DNA of 64,000 nucleotides from Bacteroidaceae bacterium (GTDB lineage: Bacteria > Bacteroidota > Bacteroidia > Bacteroidales > Barnesiellaceae_A): the NCBI GenBank assembly GCA_017481745.1, contig JAFUOV010000012.1, forward strand, positions 28,181-92,180, read 5' to 3'. Numbering within the stretch: position 1 is the stretch's first letter; each line of letters opens with the position of its first letter. The position numbers were made by a program, and so were the translations under genes. The notes under the pieces are model-generated. The model saw nothing but the letters and a program-made list of their open reading frames with translations, was not told the DNA's origin and did no database searches. Of this stretch, positions 29,447-38,518 are shown piece after piece.

Positions 29447-29875
29447 TTACTCGATTGTTACGAGAACGGTACCTTCGAGAACCGAATCTCCTTGTTTAAC
29501 ATTGATAGCTGATACTTTACCATCGCGGTCGGCTTTGATGGCATTTTCCATCTTCATAGCCTCGAGTACGAGGATAGTATCGCCTTTCTTCACTGTGTCG
29601 CCTACGTTGATGTTAACGCTGAGGATAACACCGGGCAGGGGCGATTTGATACCGCTTGCACCGCCGGCGGGCGTAGGACGATTGAGTTGAGTTGTAGGTG
29701 CAGCAGGTGTTGTAGGACGTGCTTTTACTACGGGTTTCATAGCGGGTTTAACCACTTTTTCCATCTCGACAAGGTAGGGAGTACCATTTACCTCTACGTG
29801 AGCTACGTTTTCTTCGATATCTCCTATTGTTACCTTATAAATATTGCCGTTGATGGTATATTTATAGTCTTTCAT
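29447..29875 (-). CDS. mmdC: Biotin carboxyl carrier subunit (gamma)
   Basis: 142 aa with an Ala/Pro-rich linker and the biotinylation motif LEAMKMEN. Confidence 0.9.
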   Translation of the reverse strand: MKDYKYTINGNIYKVTIGDIEENVAHVEVNGTPYLVEMEKVVKPAMKPVVKARPTTPAAPTTQLNRPTPAGGASGIKSPLPGVILSVNINVGDTVKKGDTILVLEAMKMENAIKADRDGKVSAINVKQGDSVLEGTVLVTIE

Positions 29876-29910
29876 TGTTTTTTGTTTTTTTTGAATGTTA
29901 GGATTTAAGA

Positions 29911-30852
29911 TTATTTTTTAGGCATTTCACGCAAAGAGTAAATCTTTGAGCTCCAAGGTGAGTAGCGACGCTCTGTTTGGTGGATAGTAAGAATTGTGTC
30001 TTCTACGTCGTGAACGTCTTCTTGCATCTCGTGCATAGCCATAGCGATTGCTGCAAAAACCTCACCGGGAGTAGAGCCCTTAGCCATAGCTTCTTTGGTC
30101 TCTTCTTCGTTGAGTCCCTTGGTCTTGGCGGCAGTGCGTTGTGCATTCCATGCCGAAACCTTACCAATGGTGCGGAAGATGATGTAGAGCAATAACAAAC
30201 CAGAGAATACAACAGCCATAGCCGATATTGCCATGCCGACACCAATGCTGTCTTGTGTTTGGAATTTCTCCATCTTCACGTTCTTGTCGAGTGTGAGGTT
30301 GTTGGTGCTGGGAGTTACAAACTTGTCAGTGCCTGCACCTCTTACTTCCCATTCATTGCCACCGTCTTGTATGCGGGCATAAGATTGGTCGGCTTGGAGG
30401 ATGCCTGCGGGAACAACTACTTCGTTGAGAAGTTTGTTGCCACTATCGTAGATACCAATCCACGTTTCTTTCTCGGGGTTGAATACGAAGTTAACGTGGA
30501 ATGTGCCGCGAGCGGGTTGTCCGTCGGCCCAGAAGAGGCTGTGTTGACGGGGTTGGATGAGTGTGAGCACGTCGCCCTTGGGGATGAAGTATACAGCAGT
30601 ATCGCCCGGGGTGTCGCTATACTTGAGCAAGTGAGCTGCTACGTTATAGCTGCCGTACGATTTGTTGAACAATTCCACCCATGCGCTGTGCATGCCATAA
30701 TCGTCTTGAAAGTTGGTTTCGTTGGTCATCAAAATCTCGTTGATTAAGATTTTGCTGCCTGTTTCCTCGCCTTCAACAGCCGGTTTGCACGAAGCAAAAG
30801 CTACGACAACAGCAAGCAACATGCTCAATATCCCAAATTTATTTTTGTTCAT
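29911..30852 (-). CDS. mmdD: OadG/MmdD-type delta subunit fused to an N-terminal lamin-tail-like domain
   Basis: 313 aa with a lipobox (AFASC), an LTD-like segment (ILINEILMTN...AWVELFNKS) and a C-terminal OadG-like TM (GVGMAISAMAVVFSGLLLLYIIF). Confidence 0.65.
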   Translation of the reverse strand: MNKNKFGILSMLLAVVVAFASCKPAVEGEETGSKILINEILMTNETNFQDDYGMHSAWVELFNKSYGSYNVAAHLLKYSDTPGDTAVYFIPKGDVLTLIQPRQHSLFWADGQPARGTFHVNFVFNPEKETWIGIYDSGNKLLNEVVVPAGILQADQSYARIQDGGNEWEVRGAGTDKFVTPSTNNLTLDKNVKMEKFQTQDSIGVGMAISAMAVVFSGLLLLYIIFRTIGKVSAWNAQRTAAKTKGLNEEETKEAMAKGSTPGEVFAAIAMAMHEMQEDVHDVEDTILTIHQTERRYSPWSSKIYSLREMPKK

Positions 30853-30871
30853 ATTGATTGTGTTTTAAAGA

Positions 30872-32425
30872 TTATAGAGGAATATTACCGTGTTTCTTGG
30901 CGGGGTTGATGAGTTTCTTAGTACGCAATTGCTCCAATGCGCGGATTATGCGGAAGCGAGTGTTGCGAGGCTCGATAACATCGTCGATGTAGCCATAACG
31001 AGCGGCATTGTAGGGGTTGGCAAACAACTTGGTGTATTCTGCCTCTTTCTCTGCGATGTATGCTTTGGGATCGGCTTGTTCTTTTGCCTCTTTAGCATAG
31101 AGAACGGCTGCTGCACCCGATGCACCCATAACTGCGATTTCGGCAGTAGGCCATGCATAGTTCATGTCGCCACGGAGTTGTTTACAGCTCATCACAATGT
31201 GTGAACCACCGTACGATTTACGCAATGTAACGGTAACTTTGGGTACTGTTGCTTCGCCATAAGCGTAGAGCAATTTTGCACCGTGAGAGATAACGGCGTT
31301 GTACTCTTGACCTGTACCGGGCAAGAATCCGGGAACGTCTACAAGTGTTACCAAAGGAATGTTGAAGGCGTCGCAGAAGCGTACGAAGCGAGCTGCTTTG
31401 CGCGAAGCGTTGCAGTCGAGTACACCGGCGAGGTATTGAGGTTGGTTGGCAACGATACCAACAGATTGTCCGTTGAAACGAGCAAAACCGATGATGATGT
31501 TGCGTGCAAAGTCGCGTTGTACTTCGAGGAACTCGCCGTTGTCGATGATAGCGCCGATAACTTGATACATGTCGTAGGGTTGGTTGGGGCTATCGGGGAT
31601 AATCTCGTTGAGTGAGTCTTCGAGACGGTCGATGGGGTCTTCGCAAGGAAGTACGGGAGCCTCTTCGAGGTTGTTTTGGGGAATGAAGCTGATGAGCTTG
31701 CGGATAACCGAAAGACCTTCGTCGCCGGTTTCGCATGCAAAGTGTGCTACACCCGAAGTCTTAGAGTGCATCTCGGCACCACCCAATTGCTCTTGAGTAA
31801 CGTCCTCGCCTGTAACGGTCTTAACAACTGCGGGACCGGTGAGGAACATGTAAGAAATCTCTTTTACCATCACGATGAAGTCGGTGAGGGCGGGAGAGTA
31901 TACAGCACCACCGGCGCAAGGACCGAAGATACCCGAGATTTGGGGTACTACACCCGATGCGAGGATGTTGCGTTGGAAGATTTCAGAGTAACCGGCAAGG
32001 GCGTTGATACCTTCTTGGATACGAGCACCACCCGAGTCGTTGATACCGATGATGGGAGCACCCATTTTCATCGCCATGTCCATCACTTTGCAAATCTTCA
32101 TTGCCATTTGCTCAGAGAGTGAACCACCAAATACGGTGAAGTCTTGTGCAAATACATAAACAAGACGACCTTCGATTGTACCGTAACCGGTTACAACACC
32201 GTCGCCGAGATATGATTTTTTCTCTTGACCGAAGTTGTAGCAGCGGTGGCGTACAAACATGTCGATTTCTTCAAAACTACCTTCATCGAGGAGTTGGTTG
32301 ATACGTTCGCGGGCTGTGTATTTGCCACGTTCGTGTTGCTTGGCAATGGCTTTTTCGCCACCACCGAGGCGAGCTTCATTACGCAGTGCGATAAGCTCTT
32401 TTACTTTTTCGAGTTGTTTGCTCAT
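30872..32425 (-). CDS. mmdA: Methylmalonyl-CoA decarboxylase alpha subunit (carboxyltransferase)
   Basis: I chose the internal ATG ([11 protein letters not shown]) because it begins 4 nt after the epimerase stop. It shows typical acyl-CoA carboxylase beta-family sequence throughout. Confidence 0.9.
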   Translation of the reverse strand: MSKQLEKVKELIALRNEARLGGGEKAIAKQHERGKYTARERINQLLDEGSFEEIDMFVRHRCYNFGQEKKSYLGDGVVTGYGTIEGRLVYVFAQDFTVFGGSLSEQMAMKICKVMDMAMKMGAPIIGINDSGGARIQEGINALAGYSEIFQRNILASGVVPQISGIFGPCAGGAVYSPALTDFIVMVKEISYMFLTGPAVVKTVTGEDVTQEQLGGAEMHSKTSGVAHFACETGDEGLSVIRKLISFIPQNNLEEAPVLPCEDPIDRLEDSLNEIIPDSPNQPYDMYQVIGAIIDNGEFLEVQRDFARNIIIGFARFNGQSVGIVANQPQYLAGVLDCNASRKAARFVRFCDAFNIPLVTLVDVPGFLPGTGQEYNAVISHGAKLLYAYGEATVPKVTVTLRKSYGGSHIVMSCKQLRGDMNYAWPTAEIAVMGASGAAAVLYAKEAKEQADPKAYIAEKEAEYTKLFANPYNAARYGYIDDVIEPRNTRFRIIRALEQLRTKKLINPAKKHGNIPL

Positions 32426-32429
32426 TTTA

Positions 32430-32843
32430 TTATTTGTTAGGATTTTCACAAAGTTCGGTTAATACGCCACCGGTCGATTTGGGGTGGAGGAATGCGATGT
32501 TAAGACCTTCAGCACCTTTGCGGGGAGCTTTGTCGATGAGGCGAACACCTTTGCCTTCTACTTCGGCAAGTGCGTTGGCTACGCCATCGGCTACTGCAAA
32601 TGCGAGGTGGTGGATGCCTTCGCCACGTTTCTCGATGAAACCGGCAATTGTGCTCTCGGGGCTGGTGGGCTCGAGCAATTCAATTTTGGTTTGACCTACT
32701 TTAAAGAAAGCAGTTTTTACCTTTTGGTCGGCTACTTCTTCGATTGAATAGCATTTGAGACCAAGGATGTTTTCATAGTAAGGGATAGCTTCTTCAAGGC
32801 TTTTGACAGCTATACCCAAGTGTTCAATGTGAGAAAGTTCCAT
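32430..32843 (-). CDS. mce: Methylmalonyl-CoA epimerase (VOC family)
   Basis: 137 aa with IEHLGIAV...IELLEP...GEGIHHLAF. Confidence 0.85.
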   Translation of the reverse strand: MELSHIEHLGIAVKSLEEAIPYYENILGLKCYSIEEVADQKVKTAFFKVGQTKIELLEPTSPESTIAGFIEKRGEGIHHLAFAVADGVANALAEVEGKGVRLIDKAPRKGAEGLNIAFLHPKSTGGVLTELCENPNK

Positions 32844-32908
32844 TGTAAATTTGGTATTAAGTTAAACAGAATTTTTAGTTTGGTTGCAATACTACGGTAT
32901 TAGCGATG

Positions 32909-32916
32909 CAAAGATA
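32909..32916 (-). promoter_or_regulatory. -7 box (reverse complement tatctttg) of the mce-mmd operon
   Basis: caaagata lies 66 nt upstream of the mce ATG. Confidence 0.4.
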
Positions 32917-33048
32917 CAATTTTCTGTCTAATTACCTAAATAATTCTGTAAAAAACACATTATAAAATGCGTTATATATTTTTTCTCTTTTTCGCCGTTG
33001 TATGGTTGTATCTTGGCGGTGTGGCGAAAGTGGTTGATAGTGTTTCTG

Positions 33049-33942
33049 TTATAGCTCGTCGAGGGGAGTGCGCAGTTTTATGTCGTCGGGTGTCGTTTGT
33101 ACGTATTGATGGTTGGGGTAAATGGTGATTTCCATCTCTCGGTTGTCGGTAAAGATATGCACGTTGGGGTGCTCGAGCAATAGCTGTATGGCTGGCAAAT
33201 GGGTGTTGCGACCGTAGTATAAATCTTCGATGATATGTGCCTTTTCTTTGCCCAATAATGTAACAATAATTCGGGGTGTTTTTTGTAGGATTTGCATGCC
33301 GGCTGTGATGCGTTTTTCGCCACTCGCGGGGTGGGGTGTTACGTTGTATTTTGCGCTGTCGCAAGGTGTTGATTTGTGGGGCGAAATGGAGGTGATGTGA
33401 TAATTGCTGTCGATGTCTAATATGGCGCAGTGAAAGTTTGATTTATAGGCTGTTACACATGGTCTTTCCTTGGTGTAGCGGCGCGTTGGATCGTAGACTA
33501 AACCTCTCGAAGATGGCAGTAGTGAGGTGTATCGTTTTGCCTCTTCTTCGAGGGTGTTGTCGTACCTTATAGGGTGTATGCGATGGGGGTTGATTTTGGT
33601 GTGTCGGAAAAATCGTCGATAGGCTTCTCCAAAGTTGTTTTCGGGGCTTGTGAATGGTGCGTGATTTTCGTCTAACCAATAGTAGTTGATCGTTCTCCAA
33701 ATGTCGTTTTTTAGGTGTCTTCTGCGCCAATGGGTGAAGAGTTGCTTGCTTGTTTCGCCACTCGCGATGGCGAGCGAAAATAATACTTCTTCGGTGTGAG
33801 GGAAAATACCTTGATAAAATAAATCGTCGATTGAATAGTATGGGTCGATGATGAAACGTGTGCTTTTTATGTGCTTGAAAAGTTGCTGTGTCAAGCCTTC
33901 AAGGGCATCTTCCGGATTGTGGTAGAAATGGGCTCTAATCAT
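33049..33942 (-). CDS. Divergent 6-phosphogluconolactonase / glucosamine-6-P isomerase-fold protein
   Basis: It is colinear with the Pgl family pattern, but conserved positions are altered: LAIASGETS versus LSGGSTP, YYWLDENHAP versus DERxVP, and DSNYHITSISP versus GxDGHTASLFP. I preferred the internal ATG (MIRAHFYHNPEDA) over the Cys/Arg-rich extension to 34050. Confidence 0.4.
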   Translation of the reverse strand: MIRAHFYHNPEDALEGLTQQLFKHIKSTRFIIDPYYSIDDLFYQGIFPHTEEVLFSLAIASGETSKQLFTHWRRRHLKNDIWRTINYYWLDENHAPFTSPENNFGEAYRRFFRHTKINPHRIHPIRYDNTLEEEAKRYTSLLPSSRGLVYDPTRRYTKERPCVTAYKSNFHCAILDIDSNYHITSISPHKSTPCDSAKYNVTPHPASGEKRITAGMQILQKTPRIIVTLLGKEKAHIIEDLYYGRNTHLPAIQLLLEHPNVHIFTDNREMEITIYPNHQYVQTTPDDIKLRTPLDEL

Positions 33943-34080
33943 GTTTTTATGTGCGTATGGGGTTTGTCGAGTTCTTCTTGTGTATGATTTGTGTCGGATG
34001 ACACCTGCATTGCAGATGCCTCTTATAATATATAACACATGGCAGCCCATTAATGTTCCATCGCTATTGTCGAATGTCTG

Positions 34081-34123
34081 TAAATAAAGCGGGCTTATAT
34101 CCGATATAAGCCCGCTTTATTTA
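34081..34123. repeat. Perfect 20-bp inverted repeat with a 3-nt loop (43-bp palindrome)
   Basis: taaataaagcgggcttatat-ccg-atataagcccgctttattta was read directly. It lies in the divergent intergenic region between 33942 and purH. Confidence 0.9.
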
Positions 34124-34454
34124 CAATCATATAACCTAATATTCCAACTGTATAGTTGTGGTCTTTGGCGTTGTCGCATCACGCGTGTGTCGTTACAAAC
34201 CCAATTTAATACTCGATGAGTTCGGTAATTAAACTGATGCAAAGGTATGACCGTCAGCCCGATGCGACAATAGCTTGATTTGGTTATTTTGCAGTATGCG
34301 ATTACCAACAAATGATTATGAGGATGTAGAACATGTGCTCCTGCATGATTACTTTTCAACGTGTTTAAAATATTGATATTTAGGCAGCTATGAATGTTGA
34401 TAAATTCCTTGAAAATTCTTGCAATATTGTAGTGAAAAAGCTAATAAAAATTCG

Positions 34455-34462
34455 TACTTTTG
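34455..34462 (+). promoter_or_regulatory. -7 box tacttttg for purH
   Basis: It matches TAnnTTTG 28 nt upstream of the ATG at 34490. Confidence 0.45.
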
Positions 34463-34489
34463 CAACCAAATAATCTATAACGAAATAAA

Positions 34490-36013
34490 ATGGTAAAAGA
34501 GAAAAAAATAAAGACCGCCTTGGTGTCGGTCTTTCACAAAGATGGCTTGGACGATATTATAAAAATGCTGCACGCCGATGGTGTTGAGTTTTTGTCAACC
34601 GGTGGCACTCAATCGTTTATCGAGTCATTGGGTATTCCTTGTAAGGCAGTAGAAGATTTGACGGGTTATCCTTCTATTTTGGGAGGTCGTGTCAAGACCT
34701 TGCACCCCAAGGTATTTGGCGGTATTCTCAATCGTCGCGATAACGAAAGCGATGCCGCTCAAATAGCCGAGTATGAAATTCCCTCAATCGATCTTGTGAT
34801 TGTAGATCTCTATCCCTTCGAGCAGACCGTAGCATCGGGTGCCGATGAGAGCGCAATTATCGAGAAGATAGATATAGGCGGTATATCGCTTATTCGTGCT
34901 GCTGCCAAGAACTTTGACGATGTAGCTATCGTAGCATCGAAAGGTCAATATGGCATATTGCTCGATATCCTCAAACGCAACGGCGCAACTACAACACTCG
35001 AAGATCGTCGCTTGTTGGCTCGTGAGGCTTTTGCAGTGTCTTCGGGCTATGATAGTGCAATATTCAACTACTTCGATGCCGGTGCGGGCTCTACCTTCCG
35101 CGCAGCTGTCAATGGCGAGAAATCGTTGCGATATGGCGAAAATCCTCATCAAAAAGGTGCTTTCTATGGCGATTTCGAGGCTATGTTTGAGCAACTGCAT
35201 GGCAAAGAGATTTCTTACAACAACCTCTTGGATATTGATGCCGCAGTGTCGTTGATAGCCGAGTTTGATGAAACAACATTTGCTGTACTCAAGCACAACA
35301 ATGCTTGCGGTATTGCCTCACGAGATACAATACTCGATGCTTGGAAAGCGGCTCTCGAGTGCGACCCCGTATCGGCTTTTGGTGGTGTACTCATTGCCAA
35401 TCGTCCTATCGACCTCGCTACTGCTGAGGAGGTAAACAAAATATTCTTTGAGGTGATTATCGCTCCTGCCTATGCACCCGAAGCACTCGAAGTATTGAAA
35501 CAAAAGAAAAATCGCATCATCCTCATACAGAAACAACCCAACGTGGCTACCAAACAATATCGCTCGTTGTTGGGCGGTGTGTTGGTGCAAGACCGCGACC
35601 TGCATGTTGAGCAACCTTGCGAGTTGAAGCAAGTAACCAACAAGGCTGTAGCCGATGAGCGTGTAGCCGACTTGCTCTTTGCCAACAAGATTGTAAAGCA
35701 TAGCAAATCGAATGCAATAGTTCTTGCCAAGAACCGTCAGCTTTGTGCCAGCGGCGTGGGTCAGACCTCTCGCGTAGATGCTCTGCGCCAAGCTATCGAG
35801 AAAGCGCATTCGTTCAACTTCGACTTGCACGGAGCTGTTATGGCATCAGATGCATTCTTCCCCTTTGCCGATTGTGTAGAGATAGCACACCAAGCAGGTG
35901 TCGATGCAGTGATACAACCTGGTGGCTCGGTGCGCGACCAAGATACCATCGACTATTGCAATGCCAATGACATAGCAATGGTAATGACCGGTATTCGCCA
36001 CTTCAAACATTAA
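34490..36013 (+). CDS. purH: Bifunctional AICAR transformylase / IMP cyclohydrolase
   Basis: 507 aa with ALVSVFHKDGL...STGGT...GGRVKTLHP. Confidence 0.95.
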   Translation: MVKEKKIKTALVSVFHKDGLDDIIKMLHADGVEFLSTGGTQSFIESLGIPCKAVEDLTGYPSILGGRVKTLHPKVFGGILNRRDNESDAAQIAEYEIPSIDLVIVDLYPFEQTVASGADESAIIEKIDIGGISLIRAAAKNFDDVAIVASKGQYGILLDILKRNGATTTLEDRRLLAREAFAVSSGYDSAIFNYFDAGAGSTFRAAVNGEKSLRYGENPHQKGAFYGDFEAMFEQLHGKEISYNNLLDIDAAVSLIAEFDETTFAVLKHNNACGIASRDTILDAWKAALECDPVSAFGGVLIANRPIDLATAEEVNKIFFEVIIAPAYAPEALEVLKQKKNRIILIQKQPNVATKQYRSLLGGVLVQDRDLHVEQPCELKQVTNKAVADERVADLLFANKIVKHSKSNAIVLAKNRQLCASGVGQTSRVDALRQAIEKAHSFNFDLHGAVMASDAFFPFADCVEIAHQAGVDAVIQPGGSVRDQDTIDYCNANDIAMVMTGIRHFKH

Positions 36014-36042
36014 AAAGTAAAAACCCTTAAAATAGAGAAAAG

Positions 36043-37062
36043 ATGGGATTCTTCTCATTAACACAAGAGATTGCTATCGACCTCGGAACAGCCAATACCA
36101 TCATCATTCACGATGATAAGATTGTTGTTGATGAGCCGTCGGTGGTTGCATTGGAAAAAAAGACCGAAAAGTTGGTCGCTGTGGGTGAAAAAGCTCGTCA
36201 GATGCACGAAAAGACAGCTCCCCACATTACTACAATCCGCCCCTTGCGCGATGGTGTTATTGCCGACTTCTATGCTGCCGAACAAATGATTCGCGGTATG
36301 GTGAAGATGGTAAATCCTCAACGTCGCCTCTTTACCCCTTCGTTGCGCATGGTGGTGTGTATTCCGTCGGGAAGTACCGAGGTTGAGATACGTGCGGTGC
36401 GCGACTCTGCCGAGCATGCCGGTGGTCGCGATGTATATATGATATACGAACCTATGGCTGCCGCGATAGGTATCGGTATTGATGTTACTGCTCCCGAGGG
36501 CAATATGATTGTCGATATAGGTGGTGGTAGCACCGAGATTGCCGTTATATCATTGGGTGGTATCGTGTCGAACAAGTCTATCCGTATAGCCGGCGACGAC
36601 CTCACAGCCGATATCCAAGAGTATATGAGCCGTCAGCACAATGTGCGTGTGGGTGAACGTACTGCCGAGTTGATTAAGGTAAATGTAGGTTCGGCGTTGA
36701 CCGACCTTGCCGATCCCCCCGAAGATTATATCGTACATGGTCCCAACCGTATGACAGCCTTGCCTATGGAGATACCCGTATCGTACCAAGAGGTGTCGCA
36801 TTGTATCGAGAAGTCTATCTCGAAGATTGAGGCTGCTGTTCTCAGTGCATTGGAGCAAACTCCCCCCGAGTTGTATGCCGACCTCGTGCGCAATGGTATA
36901 TACTTGGCTGGTGGTGGCGCTTTGTTGAGAGGTCTTGACAAACGTCTTACCGACAAGATTGGTATTACCTTCCACGTTGCCGATGACCCCTTGCACGCAG
37001 TTGCCAAGGGTACCGGTGTGGCATTGAAGAATATTGACAAGTTCAATTTCTTGATTCGATAA
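36043..37062 (+). CDS. mreB: Rod shape-determining protein MreB
   Basis: 339 aa with IAIDLGTANT...DIGGGSTE. Confidence 0.95.
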   Translation: MGFFSLTQEIAIDLGTANTIIIHDDKIVVDEPSVVALEKKTEKLVAVGEKARQMHEKTAPHITTIRPLRDGVIADFYAAEQMIRGMVKMVNPQRRLFTPSLRMVVCIPSGSTEVEIRAVRDSAEHAGGRDVYMIYEPMAAAIGIGIDVTAPEGNMIVDIGGGSTEIAVISLGGIVSNKSIRIAGDDLTADIQEYMSRQHNVRVGERTAELIKVNVGSALTDLADPPEDYIVHGPNRMTALPMEIPVSYQEVSHCIEKSISKIEAAVLSALEQTPPELYADLVRNGIYLAGGGALLRGLDKRLTDKIGITFHVADDPLHAVAKGTGVALKNIDKFNFLIR

Positions 37063-37157
37063 TAAAAACTTTACATACCCCGCGAGTTACACGCTTTGTC
37101 AAAAAAGCAGTGTAGCTCGTTGCGGTAAAACATACTCCTATACAACCGCTTTGAACG

Positions 37158-38003
37158 ATGCGCAACCTTATTGATTTTATACTCAAGCATCACGCATGGC
37201 TATTCTTTATAGTCTATGTGGTGGTGAGTTGTGCTTTGTTGTTTCAAGGCAATCCCTACCAGCGTAGTGTCTATTTCGGCTCGTCCAATAGGGTGGTGGC
37301 AAAGGTCTATGAGGTGTCGGATGCTGTAACGGGCTACTTCGGGTTGCGCAAGGTGAACGAAACCCTGTTGAGCCGTAATGGCGAGTTGGAGGCAGAAAAT
37401 ATGATGTTGCGCCGTCAGTTGCAACGTTACAGCTATGCAGCAGTAGCCGATTCGCTTGCGTTGACCGACCCGCTGTTGCGCAATTACGACTTTGTGGTGG
37501 CTCGTGTCATCAACAACAGTGTGTCGCATGTCGACAACTATATCACCCTCGATAAAGGTAGTGCCGATGGTATTACTCCCGAGATGGCGGTCGTTGCATC
37601 CAATGGCATTGTGGGTATTGTGAATGTTGTCAACGAGCACAATGCAGTGGCAATATCGGTGTTGAATACCAAGCTGCATGTGAGTTGCAAAGTGAAAGGC
37701 ACCGATTGTTTCGGCTCTTTGACATGGGATGGACGTAATCCTCAATATGCCATATTGGAGGAGATGCCTCGACATGTCGATTTCCAACCCGGCGATACGA
37801 TTGTAACGAGCGGTTTCTCGGCAGTTTTCCCCGATGGCATCATGGTAGGTACTATACACGACTATGCCAAGCAAAAGGATGACAATTTCTATGCGATGCG
37901 TGTGAAGTTGTCGACCGATTTTGGGCAGTTAGGAGCTGTAAGGGTTGTATCGAATAGAAATCAAGAAATGCAACAAAAATTGGAACAGGAGGCTCGACAA
38001 TGA
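37158..38003 (+). CDS. mreC: Rod shape-determining protein MreC
   Basis: 281 aa with an N-terminal TM, a coiled coil (NGELEAENMMLRRQL) and a beta-rich domain. It sits in the position after mreB. Confidence 0.85.
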   Translation: MRNLIDFILKHHAWLFFIVYVVVSCALLFQGNPYQRSVYFGSSNRVVAKVYEVSDAVTGYFGLRKVNETLLSRNGELEAENMMLRRQLQRYSYAAVADSLALTDPLLRNYDFVVARVINNSVSHVDNYITLDKGSADGITPEMAVVASNGIVGIVNVVNEHNAVAISVLNTKLHVSCKVKGTDCFGSLTWDGRNPQYAILEEMPRHVDFQPGDTIVTSGFSAVFPDGIMVGTIHDYAKQKDDNFYAMRVKLSTDFGQLGAVRVVSNRNQEMQQKLEQEARQ

Positions 38004-38518
38004 ATATAACGACGGTTCGTGAGATAGGATTGGCTTTGCTTCTTGTGCTGTTGCAAGCTATATTGTTCAATCAGATACACCTCTTTGGCGTAGCAATACC
38101 CTTGGTGTTTATCTATGTAATACTACGCCTTCCTGTGGCTTTGTCGACAGCGTGGGTGCTCACCATATCATTCTTTTTGGGACTTGTGGTCGATATATTC
38201 AGCAATACACCAGGTATGAATGCTTTGGCTTGCACGTTGTTGGCATTTGTGCGCCGACCGGTCTTTACGCTGTACTTGCCTCACGGAAACGATTATGCCT
38301 CTGAAATGCCCTCGTTGAAGGAGTTTGGCATGTGGCTTTATGTCCGATACGCGCTTACTATGACATTCCTATATTGCCTCTTTTTGTATGTCATAGAGTC
38401 GCTTACGTTCTTCGACCCCTTATTTCTCATACTACGCATATTGGGTAGTACATTGCTTACATTTGTTTTTATTCTGTGTATAGATAGTTTCGGTCAACGA
38501 CGTGAGAAAAGATTATAA
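38000..38518 (+). CDS. mreD: Rod shape-determining protein MreD
   Basis: 172-aa polytopic membrane protein. Its start overlaps the mreC stop (ATGA). Confidence 0.75.
   Translation: MNITTVREIGLALLLVLLQAILFNQIHLFGVAIPLVFIYVILRLPVALSTAWVLTISFFLGLVVDIFSNTPGMNALACTLLAFVRRPVFTLYLPHGNDYASEMPSLKEFGMWLYVRYALTMTFLYCLFLYVIESLTFFDPLFLILRILGSTLLTFVFILCIDSFGQRREKRL

Noticed and set aside
32972-33364. Overlapping alternative-frame ORFs lie within the Pgl-like gene region (32972-33364, 33078-33323, 33443-33730). They have Pro/Arg/Thr/His-rich products.
   Set aside because: Their composition is typical of out-of-frame translation of a real gene, and they have no independent start context or motifs.
34160-34489. 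I considered a ZTP (pfl-motif) riboswitch upstream of purH.
   Set aside because: purH is a classic ZTP-riboswitch target, but I cannot find the conserved GGGUCGUGACUGGCG ... CCGCCUGGGC elements. Only a weak UGGCG/CGUCA complementarity exists. The best promoter box (34455-34462) lies downstream of the candidate region, leaving a leader of only ~25 nt.
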